From positions 12,404 through 76,403 of the forward strand of contig CAYTKF010000002.1 in the NCBI GenBank assembly GCA_964438405.1: DNA of 64,000 nucleotides, in the 5' to 3' direction. Shown here piece after piece: positions 38,788-47,973 of the stretch; the first letter of the stretch is position 1; the number at the start of each line of letters is the position of its first letter. This DNA comes from an uncultured Candidatus Saccharibacteria bacterium (GTDB lineage Bacteria > Patescibacteriota > Minisyncoccia > UBA9983). The notes under the pieces were generated by a model. It had not been told where the DNA came from. It made no database searches and worked only from the letters and a program-made list of their open reading frames with translations. Position numbers and translations under genes: made by a program.

Positions 38788-39120
38788 ATGAAAAAATTTA
38801 TCGCAATCGGTTTAGCATTAGCGCCGTCACTGGCATTTGCGGCCGATATCAATTCTATATTAGGAGTGATAAGAAACATTCTTAATACGCTTGTTCCGCT
38901 TCTTATTGGTATTGCAGTTGTTGTTTTCCTTTGGGGAGTTATCAAATATATTACTGCCGGAGGAGATGAGGAAAAAAGAAAAGAGGCGCGCAATATGATG
39001 ATGTACGGCATTATCGGTTTGTTTGTGATGGTGGCTGTCTGGGGTTTGGTTGCTGTTTTGGGCAACACTTTGGGTGTTCAGCCCGGAGGTACAGCACCAG
39101 GCGTTCCCACACTCCCGTAA
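38788..39120 (+). CDS. CPR-type pilin
   Basis: Signal peptide, FLWGVIKYITAGGDEEKRKEAR..GIIGLFVM..VWG. Confidence 0.82.
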   Translation: MKKFIAIGLALAPSLAFAADINSILGVIRNILNTLVPLLIGIAVVVFLWGVIKYITAGGDEEKRKEARNMMMYGIIGLFVMVAVWGLVAVLGNTLGVQPGGTAPGVPTLP

Positions 39121-39124
39121 TCTT

Positions 39125-39382
39125 ATGAGTTCAGCCGCAGCCGACACTTTAATTTCCAAAATAAATACACAGATTCTCAATCCCATTATTGGGTTATTAA
39201 TTGCCATTGGTTTGGTTGTTTTTCTTTACGGTGTGGTGGAATTTCTTGCCGGAGCAGATAATCAGGAAAAAAGAGAGCAGGGCAAAAAACATATGATTTG
39301 GGGAATTATCGGCCTGTTCATAATGGTTGGCGTGTTTGGTTTGATGGAGGTAGTTGTGAATTTTATAAACAGTTTGAAGTAA
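39125..39382 (+). CDS. CPR-type pilin
   Basis: ILNPII, FLYGVVEF, GKKHMIWGIIGLFIM. Confidence 0.8.
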   Translation: MSSAAADTLISKINTQILNPIIGLLIAIGLVVFLYGVVEFLAGADNQEKREQGKKHMIWGIIGLFIMVGVFGLMEVVVNFINSLK

Positions 39383-39443
39383 AAAGAAAAAAGGGCATCC
39401 CGCTACAGCTGGATGCCTTTTGATTTGTACAAAAAAGTGCTAA

Positions 39444-40121
39444 TTATTTTTTCTCTATCCAGAGATTTGCGGAAAAATTTTCTTTATCCTTAATCCAGCC
39501 AATGGCTGAATTTTCTTCGGAATCGGGAGAAAATTGAAGATTGAAATCGCCCCAACCTCCAATATCTCTCCATCTTCCGTTATAGGAAATTCCGTCTTCA
39601 GAATTTCCCACAAGAGTTCCGTTTCCGCGGACGCCGATAAATTTTACCAAGAGAGATTTCTCGTCGCGTTTGTCTATGATGCAGGGCATGCATCTTTGAG
39701 AAACGAGACTTACCAGATTTTGGCCTGGCTGTAACTTCCAGCATAACCAGTAGCTGGGCTTGGCAGCGATTTCGCGAGTGATTTCCGGTTTGGACGTCCT
39801 AGCCGGCCGCAACCGTGGCTGCGCGGTTGCCTTCCGGCTTGCCGTGACAGGTAGTTCCAGTGGTACAGGAGTTTTGGAACTTTGATACTTCTGCCAGCCC
39901 CAGTATCCTCCGCCGGCCACTACGGCGATAAAGACCAGCCATCCCAGCCAAGCAAAACTGAATCTTCTTGGTGGCGCCGGCGTAGCTGGCACAGGTTTTG
40001 TTGGAGCAGGAGTTGGGGTCGCGTTTTTGATCCCTTTTTTTCTACTGGCCGTAATGAGAAAAATCACCAATAATACAATAGTTCCCAGGAAACTCCACAA
40101 GAGTAATTTGATGAACATCAA
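39444..40121 (-). CDS. Membrane-anchored hypothetical protein with Pro-rich linker
   Basis: Two TM segments, TPTPAPTKPVPATPAPP; coupled to the SPFH gene. Confidence 0.65.
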   Translation of the reverse strand: MMFIKLLLWSFLGTIVLLVIFLITASRKKGIKNATPTPAPTKPVPATPAPPRRFSFAWLGWLVFIAVVAGGGYWGWQKYQSSKTPVPLELPVTASRKATAQPRLRPARTSKPEITREIAAKPSYWLCWKLQPGQNLVSLVSQRCMPCIIDKRDEKSLLVKFIGVRGNGTLVGNSEDGISYNGRWRDIGGWGDFNLQFSPDSEENSAIGWIKDKENFSANLWIEKK

Positions 40122-41290
40122 CTGCCACCTTTCTTGCCGAGCAATCCTTCAATAAAACCTTGAATGGATCCGAAGGGAAGAAAGAGTTTAGTGGCTTGGC
40201 CTTTGCTGGCTTCACGGATTGTTTCGCCGGCAAAAACCATCTCACCCTGCAATCCTTCTTCTTTGACCGCCAGCGTGATTTTTTTGAAACGATCATATTC
40301 AGCGTCACGTAGAGTGGCGATTCTTAGTGCCTCTCTATCGGCCGCAGCCTGCGCCGTGGCCTGCTTAGTGAATCCCTCTGGAAGCTCTACTTCAAGAAAC
40401 TGAATCCTCTTCACTTGTGCGCCGTATCTGTCCAAAACGTACTCTGTAAGTTGCATGCCTCCGCCAGTGAGTGACTTCAAGAAAGCTTCATCTTTATCAT
40501 GTTCCAAAACCTCCTTTTTTTGAAGTACCGCATCGTACTTATTCCAGGCAACCCACGATCTCAGCGCTGATTCAATGGCAAAAAGTGTGACATCAAGCCA
40601 CTTGTCAACGCGGAAGAGCGCCTTGTATGGATTTAGTATTCTAAGGGTTACCACCGCGTAGATAGTAACCGGCATCCAGCTATCTTTAACGTCAGCATCC
40701 CGGAGGATGATCAGGTAATTAGCGTCTCGCAAATAAATGTAGTCGAGTTGTTTTGAGAATGAAACAGCCCATTGTCCATTCGGAAGTTCTTTTTGAGAAA
40801 CAAAACCCTCCTCTGGTTTCTCCTCATTCACTTTTATGTTTCTAGTTACGACCCACCGGAAGTTGTATCGGTGGATCTCATCAACAGTGGGAATGCCCAA
40901 CCAACGGATTCCTCCAAGTTTTTTTCTTTTCTTCTCTTTTTTTAGTTCTTCGACGATATTTCCTTTTTCATCCTCTGTATATCCTTTATATGCCATCAGG
41001 CCCTTACGGAAAGATCCGGCCCGCACGACCGCTTTCCACTCGCCTTCGTTGACGAGCGTAAGGAAAAAATCCCGATCCGCGATCCAGCGGAGAATTATAG
41101 GCAAAAGGATTGGGCTCATAACAACAAGTGCCAAACCTACGCCTAACAAAATCGGAACCCAACTCGGAGCATTTGTCAGGGATTCTACTAAATCCGGTCC
41201 CAACAAAATAATCCCAAAAACTAGAAGTGAAGCCGAAATAACAACAAGTAGAGACAAAACAGCAAGAAAAACAATCTTGATAATCCTCAT
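40118..41290 (-). CDS. SPFH/band 7 domain membrane protein
   Basis: TM segments, LVNEGE..AVVR.G, NPYKALF.V, AIESALR, Ala/Glu-rich helix. Confidence 0.7.
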   Translation of the reverse strand: MRIIKIVFLAVLSLLVVISASLLVFGIILLGPDLVESLTNAPSWVPILLGVGLALVVMSPILLPIILRWIADRDFFLTLVNEGEWKAVVRAGSFRKGLMAYKGYTEDEKGNIVEELKKEKKRKKLGGIRWLGIPTVDEIHRYNFRWVVTRNIKVNEEKPEEGFVSQKELPNGQWAVSFSKQLDYIYLRDANYLIILRDADVKDSWMPVTIYAVVTLRILNPYKALFRVDKWLDVTLFAIESALRSWVAWNKYDAVLQKKEVLEHDKDEAFLKSLTGGGMQLTEYVLDRYGAQVKRIQFLEVELPEGFTKQATAQAAADREALRIATLRDAEYDRFKKITLAVKEEGLQGEMVFAGETIREASKGQATKLFLPFGSIQGFIEGLLGKKGGS

Positions 41291-41420
41291 CTCTTTTTAC
41301 CTCCCTTTCTTTCCTTTCCTTATTCAGTTGTTAAAACTGCAAATTCCGTACTCATTCATACTATATAAATATAAAAAAGTCAACCCTAAACAGGATTGAC
41401 CTTTTTAATCGGAATTATTT

Positions 41421-41636
41421 TTATGCCATCGGGGCCACTGCTTTTCTGCCCATTTTTCCCACAGCAAAAATCAAGTAGAGAGCCGAGAGTCCAACCAAAA
41501 CATAAACCACGCGCGACAGAGCTGACATGTCTCCCAAAACAGCTGCAACCAAATCCCAGTTAAGAAGTCCAACAAGTCCCCAGTTTAGACCGCCAATGAT
41601 AACAAGTATTATTGCTATCCAATCAAGCGTTTTCAT
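41421..41636 (-). CDS. DUF378 domain protein
   Basis: LVIIGGLNWGLVG..DLV, YVLVGLSA. Confidence 0.9.
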   Translation of the reverse strand: MKTLDWIAIILVIIGGLNWGLVGLLNWDLVAAVLGDMSALSRVVYVLVGLSALYLIFAVGKMGRKAVAPMA

Positions 41637-41803
41637 AAATTATTTTAAAATTGCGTTTATAAAAATGACCTTTCTTATATTTTACCACTTATCTATAATC
41701 TTTTAATTAAAAAGTGGATAAAACCCCAAAAACAAAGGCCGCCCATGGCTAGGGCGACCTTATTAAATATCGCATATTCAGCGTTACATCTATTACAACA
41801 AGC

Positions 41804-42106
41804 TCAATGCGGTTTAGGTTTTCTTTTTTCTAGTTTTTCTTCTATTTTCTTTTCCGCGCGTTCCCGATTGAGTACTATTCTGGCCAATTCTAATTGATAA
41901 CTTGGCGGTTCGTCAGGATATAAACTTTTTATTATTCCTATTTGTTTTTTGAGTTCCGGATCAAGAGCTTTTTTTATCAGCTCGCCCTTTTCATTAAAAA
42001 TGTTTCCAAGCGCGTCTTGAAATTGGCCGTTGCCAATCGGCTTTAATGCCTCGCCCTCTTTGGGCTCTTCAAACATCGGCATTGTGAACGGGTCTCTTTC
42101 GCTCAT
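41804..42106 (-). CDS. Hypothetical protein
   Basis: Clean ORF with TATAAT just upstream. Confidence 0.6.
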   Translation of the reverse strand: MSERDPFTMPMFEEPKEGEALKPIGNGQFQDALGNIFNEKGELIKKALDPELKKQIGIIKSLYPDEPPSYQLELARIVLNRERAEKKIEEKLEKRKPKPH

Positions 42107-42209
42107 AAATTAATTATAACTTATCTTAATGTTATTTCAATTATCTCTGAGCGTCCAGTGGTGCGCATTGCCGGACCCCATGTGCCCACACCACTTGAGG
42201 TATAAATAA

Positions 42210-42265
42210 TTATGTTCAACATTAATTATGTTCAACATCTTATGTTCAACATCGGAAGTCGCACA
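42210..42265. repeat. 3x TTATGTTCAACAT tandem ending in CATCGGAAGTC palindrome
   Basis: Copies at 42210, 42226, 42240; related motif at 47948-47970. Confidence 0.75.
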
Positions 42266-42406
42266 CCTAAGGCGATGACCGAAGCCAGAAATAAATACCA
42301 AAAAATTCCCAATGCAATGCCGGCAAGAATATAAAACCATCGGCTGAAAAAATTATCAACCACATGCGACAAAAAAGCCGAGGCAATAAACTCGCAACAT
42401 ACAATT

Positions 42407-42481
42407 TGGCTCCGGCACCTGGATTCGAACCAGGAACCTTCTCCTTAACAGGGAGCCGCTCTACCGTTGAGCTATGCCGGA
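42407..42481 (-). tRNA. tRNA-Asn(GTT), CCA encoded
   Basis: Anticodon loop CTGTTAA. Confidence 0.95.
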
Positions 42482-42793
42482 ATCTGTTATGATTTTAATG
42501 GAAAATTTTTATACATGCAAGTTAATTTTTAAAAAAGAAAAACTCGCCTTTTTAGGGGACGGGTTTGTTGAGTGTGGCCGGTAAGCTTTGTCCCATTGCG
42601 GGACTTCCAGAGGAGTCTGGAGGGGCTGCTGCCGACCACGCATTAGGGAGCAACATCCTAATTAAAGTTTATCCCTTATATATTTATCGTCAATACAATT
42701 TATCTTTGACAAAAATATTTCAATATGCTAATATTAATAACGTCAGAGATGGGGTCGCATTTCTAGATAGTCTTTATAATTTAACAACGAAAC

Positions 42794-42994
42794 ATGACAG
42801 GAACTATCAAGACACTTGTTGCAGACAGAGGATTTGGATTTATTGCCCGCGAAGGCGAGACAAAAGATCTTTTCTTTCACTCAAAAGATTTGAGTGGTGT
42901 GACATATGATGAATTGAAGATAGGTGATTCCGTTACTTTTGAGGTTGAGGAGGGCGAAAAAGGCCCTGCAGCCAAAAACGTGGCGCGCGCCTAA
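42794..42994 (+). CDS. Cold-shock protein
   Basis: RGFGFI, DLFFHS, KGPAA.NV. Confidence 0.95.
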   Translation: MTGTIKTLVADRGFGFIAREGETKDLFFHSKDLSGVTYDELKIGDSVTFEVEEGEKGPAAKNVARA

Positions 42995-43010
42995 AACTTC
43001 AGTTTTAAAG

Positions 43011-43041
43011 AAAAACCATCCGCCCAGGGCGGATGGTTTTT
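43011..43041 (+). terminator. Terminator
   Basis: AAAAACCATCCGCCCAGGGCGGATGGTTTTT. Confidence 0.8.
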
Positions 43042-43118
43042 CTTTTTGTTGCAACTTGTTAAGATAAAAATAGTCCAACATTCTTGAGAATGTAGGAATA
43101 TTATTGTAATATTAAAAT

Positions 43119-43406
43119 ATGGAAAAGAAAATAAAAACATCAAAACAAGTTGAGAGGCACCTTAAGGGTGTCGCAAACCATCGCCGTATTGATATTTTAA
43201 TTTTAGTCGGCGAGAGCAGGGGAATTACTCTTGAAAAAATTGCAGAGAATTTAGACGGCAACATTAAAACAATTTCAGAACATACGCGCCGTTTGGTACA
43301 TGCCGGTTTATTAAACAAAAAATATCAAGGCCGAAACGTAATTCATACCCTGTCGCCCTACGGAGAAATTATATCCAGATTTATAAAAACATTCTCACAT
43401 TCTTGA
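43119..43406 (+). CDS. ArsR-like winged HTH protein flanked by palindromes
   Basis: KGVANHRRIDIL, TISEHTRRLVHAGLL.K..GR. Confidence 0.82.
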   Translation: MEKKIKTSKQVERHLKGVANHRRIDILILVGESRGITLEKIAENLDGNIKTISEHTRRLVHAGLLNKKYQGRNVIHTLSPYGEIISRFIKTFSHS

Positions 43407-43467
43407 GAATATGAGAATGTTTGTGTGTTGGTTTTCTTTTTCTGTAAGTTTGGTAAAATTTAAACAT

Positions 43468-43626
43468 ATGAACAAAGGCACATCAGGAGCAGTCTACGGG
43501 TTAGGCCTGATCGGCGCGGCAATTTATTACATCCAGCAGGCCGACACCTTCTGGCTCGGCGTCCTGGGCATACTAAAGGCAATTGTCTGGCCGGCATTTC
43601 TAATTTACAAACTACTGGGTTTGTAA
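43468..43626 (+). CDS. Small membrane protein
   Basis: GAVYGLGLIGAAIYYIQ..FW.GVLGILKAIVWP. Confidence 0.75.
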   Translation: MNKGTSGAVYGLGLIGAAIYYIQQADTFWLGVLGILKAIVWPAFLIYKLLGL

Positions 43627-43633
43627 AGTAAAA

Positions 43634-43828
43634 ATGGAATGTCGAAAAGAGAAAAATTTAAAGACGTGTCCGTGCACCTATCCGGATTGCGCCCGAAAAG
43701 GAATTTGCTGTGAATGTATACGTCACCATCTGGCAAACGATGAACTGCCCGGCTGCTGTTTTTCCAAAGAAACAGAAAAAACTTTCGACCGCTCAATCGA
43801 GAGGTTTATTAAAGAAAGAGTTAGTTAA
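43634..43828 (+). CDS. Small Cys-rich protein (DUF6485-like)
   Basis: CPCTY..C.RKGICCECI..H..ELPGCCF. Confidence 0.75.
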   Translation: MECRKEKNLKTCPCTYPDCARKGICCECIRHHLANDELPGCCFSKETEKTFDRSIERFIKERVS

Positions 43829-44023
43829 ATAAGATTATGAAAAACTACGCCAAAGTTGGCAATAGGCAAGGTAAGCCGGCGTATCGGACGCCGTCGAGTT
43901 TTCGGTATCGGAAATTTATGAAAGTCAGCAAAAATAAAAAGAGGCTGACAGATATTGCATAATATGTTAATATCCTTGGAAGAAAGCGATTAAAGGTCAT
44001 TATAAGCTTTTATCAATTAATTT

Positions 44024-45283
44024 ATGCACAAAAAAACAATATTATCGTTATCCATCGTTGCTCTCCTGATGACAGGATCAATGATGTTGGCCGGCCATGC
44101 GGCAGCTGCCTCGCTTACCCAGAGCCAGATCCAGGCAGTTGTATCTCTGCTTCAGGCCTTTGGAGTCAGCACAACAACGATTTCATCCGTTCAGACCACG
44201 CTTTCCGGAGGCGAAGTTACAAGCACTTCGGCAACCAGCAGCACAACATTGATGACGGGAAATATGATAGGGTTCCTGCGTTTTGGTGCCAAAGGAAATG
44301 GCGTCAAGATACTGCAGATTGTTCTTGCGGCTGATCCATCTGTCTATCCTGAGGGTGTTATCAGTGGATACTTCGGTACACTGACGCAGAACGCACTTAA
44401 GCGCTATCAGAAAAAGTACGGGCTTGAGCAGGTCGGCTACATTGGACCCAAGACTTTAAAAAAACTTGAGGATGATATGGATGAGAATCCTGTTGCTACC
44501 GAATCGAACGACTCTAATAATGCGACCTCAACGGTCAGTGTCGGAAACAACAAACATCTGTGCGTTGCTGTTCCGCCCGGACACCTTATAGCTCCGGGGT
44601 GGCTGCGCAAACAAGGAGGCCAGCGACCGGAAATCCCTTCTTGCCAAGTTCTTCCGCCCGGCATTCAGAATAAATTATCAGGCGGCACTACCACGACACC
44701 GGACACAACAGCACCGGTGCTCTCGGCTATCACAGTGGGTTCCATTACCTCTTCAAGTGCAGTGATTTCCTGGACAACCAACGAGAATGCGACAAGCAAG
44801 GTGAATTACGGAACAACAACTGCCTACGGTTCTGAGGCAGCGCTCGGTAACACACTTTCCCTTACTCACAGCGTTTCGCTCTCTGGTCTCGCGAGCTCAA
44901 CACTTTACCACTTCCGCGTGACTTCCAAAGACTCCTCGCTAAATACTGCTACATCGAGCGATATGACATTTACAACGCTTGCTGCACCTGACACGACAGT
45001 GCCTGCCATTTCGGGGGTATCGGTAGGATTCATTGCTTCAACCTCGGCACAGATTTTATGGACAACCAACGAGAACGCGACAAGCAAGGTCTATTTCAGA
45101 ACAGTAACACCGCTTATCCTGAGCACCGCGGCAACAACTTCCTCAACCGTGCTCTCCACCTCGCACTCCCTGACACTTTCGCCGTTGACTGCTTCAACGA
45201 CCTACTACTACATTATTGAATCAGCGGACGCTTCAAATAATACTGCAACCACAAGCCAGGCCAGCTTTTTAACGACTAACTAA
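44024..45283 (+). CDS. Secreted protein with peptidoglycan-binding and FN3-like domains
   Basis: GYFGTLTQNALKRYQ..GPKT; two WTTNENATSKV repeats. Confidence 0.85.
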   Translation: MHKKTILSLSIVALLMTGSMMLAGHAAAASLTQSQIQAVVSLLQAFGVSTTTISSVQTTLSGGEVTSTSATSSTTLMTGNMIGFLRFGAKGNGVKILQIVLAADPSVYPEGVISGYFGTLTQNALKRYQKKYGLEQVGYIGPKTLKKLEDDMDENPVATESNDSNNATSTVSVGNNKHLCVAVPPGHLIAPGWLRKQGGQRPEIPSCQVLPPGIQNKLSGGTTTTPDTTAPVLSAITVGSITSSSAVISWTTNENATSKVNYGTTTAYGSEAALGNTLSLTHSVSLSGLASSTLYHFRVTSKDSSLNTATSSDMTFTTLAAPDTTVPAISGVSVGFIASTSAQILWTTNENATSKVYFRTVTPLILSTAATTSSTVLSTSHSLTLSPLTASTTYYYIIESADASNNTATTSQASFLTTN

Positions 45284-45293
45284 GGCTTTTTGG

Positions 45294-45327
45294 CAAAAAC
45301 AGCCCCGTCATTGCGGGGCTGTTTTTG
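45294..45327. terminator. Terminator
   Basis: CAAAAACAGCCCCG...CGGGGCTGTTTTTG. Confidence 0.75.
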
Positions 45328-45368
45328 TTGACATGAAAAAAGAACGGCGATGGGTTATAATTATATTA

Positions 45369-45746
45369 ATGGAAAGAAACATTAGTAAATCTTTATATTG
45401 GACGCCGAGGGTTTTGTCCATACTTTTTATTTTGTTTCTGGCGCTTTTTTCGCTGGATATTTTTGAAATGAAGCTCGGTTTTTGGGGAACAGCGGTTGGT
45501 TTGTTTATGCACAATATTCCGTCGTTGGTTTTATTGATTGTTTTATTGATATCATGGAAGCACGAAATTGTGGGAGGAGTTGCTTTTATTCTGGCCGGCA
45601 TATTATATATTGTTCTCTTAATGAGAAATCCCTTTGAGTGGTATATGTTAACCTGGGCATTGCAAATTTCCGGTGTGGCATTTCTTGTAGGAATTTTATT
45701 TATTGTCGGCTGGCGCAAAAAGAGAAAAAAGTCAGAAGTCCAATAA
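45369..45746 (+). CDS. Membrane protein (hypothetical)
   Basis: WTPRVLSILFILFLALFSLD, four TM segments. Confidence 0.75.
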   Translation: MERNISKSLYWTPRVLSILFILFLALFSLDIFEMKLGFWGTAVGLFMHNIPSLVLLIVLLISWKHEIVGGVAFILAGILYIVLLMRNPFEWYMLTWALQISGVAFLVGILFIVGWRKKRKKSEVQ

Positions 45747-45820
45747 TTAACAAAAAGCCCCACGTCCGTTTGCAACGAATGTAGGGCCGTAGCGAATATC
45801 AGAAGAGATAAGAATTTGCG

Positions 45821-46234
45821 CTAGTCGTCCAATTTGATTTTGAATTTCTTTGCCCAGTTTTCATCTTCGGACGAAAAAGTGCCGAGCTCAATTTTTCCGT
45901 CTTCTCTGACTTTGGGCTGAACCGGTTTTGGTGATTGTTGGGAAATTGGCGCAATTTCTCCAATAAGTGCAAGATTTATTCCGAAGCCGGCTTCGCGAAG
46001 AGCTTGGAGCGCCCACAAAAAATCAGTGCTTTCTGAAAGTGCTTCTGTGACAGCCGAACTCATCCTCTCTGCCAATTCGGCTATTTTTTTCTTGTCTACA
46101 ATTACAGTCTGGCATTTTGCCCCGCAAGTGGGGCAGGTAACTTCAACGATCCTTCCATAATTTTTTTTTGAGATGGTCAATCTCAAAGTAATATTACAAT
46201 CTGGGCATGGCAGGTACTGATATTCTTTTTCCAA
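45821..46234 (-). CDS. Zn-ribbon hypothetical ORFan
   Basis: CPDC...CPTC; AAGGAGG before TTG. Confidence 0.65.
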   Translation of the reverse strand: MEKEYQYLPCPDCNITLRLTISKKNYGRIVEVTCPTCGAKCQTVIVDKKKIAELAERMSSAVTEALSESTDFLWALQALREAGFGINLALIGEIAPISQQSPKPVQPKVREDGKIELGTFSSEDENWAKKFKIKLDD

Positions 46235-46325
46235 AGTACACCTCCTTGTTTCGTTTGAAACAATATAATATTATAATGATTTAGTCAAATAATTAAACAT
46301 AATGCGAAAAATTTGGTAAAATAAA

Positions 46326-46694
46326 TTGTATCTCTTGATAATTTTTGAAAATCTGGTAAAATTATATTTGGAAGGGAGGCAAAAGGAATTGATTAAAAAA
46401 TTGCCGAAACGCCAGAGGCCGAGCTTCTGGTGGGATGTTTTTATCAAAGGAGAGGAGGCGGACTATTTTCTCCGCCGGACAAAGGCAGTATCTGCTGAGA
46501 AGGCCGTGAACAATGTCTGGTTTACGGAAATCAAAGAACTTTATTCTTTAGACGGCAGGATGGAGGAGGCAAAAGAGATTAGATTTAAGATGTACGCCAA
46601 ATTGGCTTCTTTCCCGGCACCGAGACGATTGCGGCGTTATCGTCATCATCGCCGCATTCCTGGTCAACTTTTCCTTTTTCGTACAAAAAAATAG
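46326..46694 (+). CDS. Hypothetical protein (start uncertain)
   Basis: Open frame only. Confidence 0.45.
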   Translation: MYLLIIFENLVKLYLEGRQKELIKKLPKRQRPSFWWDVFIKGEEADYFLRRTKAVSAEKAVNNVWFTEIKELYSLDGRMEEAKEIRFKMYAKLASFPAPRRLRRYRHHRRIPGQLFLFRTKK

Positions 46695-46764
46695 AAACAC
46701 CATACCTGGTTTATAATGCGGGCCTGGTGTTTTTTATTATATTGATACGGGGTATAATAATAGT

Positions 46765-47925
46765 ATGAGCCTGAACTTAAAGATTTTATTGTCCGCTGGC
46801 ATCTTGGTGCTGATTGGCATCGTGGCAGGCTATTATTTCATATTTTTTAAAGAATGCCCGGCTTCTTGCGATGATGGCAATTCTTGCACGATTGATTTTT
46901 GTTCTAAAAGCACAGACTATAAATGCGAAACAAGGCCTGTCCCAAATTGTTGCGGCAATAAATCCTGCGAATCTCCGGAAAATTACGAAAGTTGCGCGAT
47001 AGATTGTCCCAATTGTGACGACAACAATAATTGTACGAAAGAATCATACGATTATCACGAGAAAAAATGTGTTAACGCGCCGATTCTTACTGCTGTTTGC
47101 TGTGGGAATACGGTTTGCGAAGTAAATGAGAATTATACTACCTGCGCTAGAGATTGCCCTAATTGTAGTGATGATAATAAATGCACAAAAGATTCTTACG
47201 ATTACCACAAACAAAAATGTCTCAACGAAATTATTATTCCCTGTTGCGGCAACGGCATATGCGACAAAGGCGTTGAAACGCGATCAAATTGTTCTGTTGA
47301 TTGCCCGAGTTGCGATGATAATAATCGGTTAACCAGCGACAGCTTTAATTATACGACCCAAAAATGCGTTAATACCGTGACACATTATTTTATTGAAGAT
47401 TTTGAAAGCGGCATTCAAAACTGGAGCTTTGGCGGAGAAGGAGGAACCTGGTCTACGATTAAAGAAGGTTCCAATACTGTTTTAAGGGGAGTAGGCCACA
47501 ATTGGGCAGGTCTTCAAAATAAAGAATGGAAAGATTATATTTTTAAAACTAAATTCAAGATTATCAAAGGATTTGTCCATTTTAATTATCGTGTCAAACA
47601 AGAAGAAGGGAACACAACCAGATATTTTATCGGTTTAGGTAGCGGACATGTCAATATATCTAAACAAATCAGGGAAAACTTCTATTCTGACCTGGCTCGA
47701 GCCGATAATGTAAACTTAGGTAGCGGCTGGCATATTATGGAAATAAGGGGCTATGGAAATACTCTTAATGTTTTGGTCGATGGAGCGCTTTTGATAAAAT
47801 ACACAGATGAAACAAGTCCTGTACTTTCTGGCGGCATAACGCTTGAAACCCATGACGATTCAGAATACTGGATAGATGATATTGAGATTAAGGTGATCAA
47901 GCAAACTGATGTCGTTTTTCCTTAA
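46765..47925 (+). CDS. Membrane-anchored Cys-rich repeat protein with C-terminal LamG/DUF1080-like domain
   Basis: About 3.5 repeats CDD.N.CT.D...CCGN..C; WKDY.F..KFK, WH.MEI, GGI.L..IDDI.I. Confidence 0.75.
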   Translation: MSLNLKILLSAGILVLIGIVAGYYFIFFKECPASCDDGNSCTIDFCSKSTDYKCETRPVPNCCGNKSCESPENYESCAIDCPNCDDNNNCTKESYDYHEKKCVNAPILTAVCCGNTVCEVNENYTTCARDCPNCSDDNKCTKDSYDYHKQKCLNEIIIPCCGNGICDKGVETRSNCSVDCPSCDDNNRLTSDSFNYTTQKCVNTVTHYFIEDFESGIQNWSFGGEGGTWSTIKEGSNTVLRGVGHNWAGLQNKEWKDYIFKTKFKIIKGFVHFNYRVKQEEGNTTRYFIGLGSGHVNISKQIRENFYSDLARADNVNLGSGWHIMEIRGYGNTLNVLVDGALLIKYTDETSPVLSGGITLETHDDSEYWIDDIEIKVIKQTDVVFP

Positions 47926-47973
47926 AAGGTCGAATAATTACCCATTTTGTTCGACATCGGAAGTCCAACAGTT

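Noticed and set aside
42137-42340. 67-aa ORF near tRNA-Asn
   Set aside because: Runs through the tandem repeat and has no coding evidence
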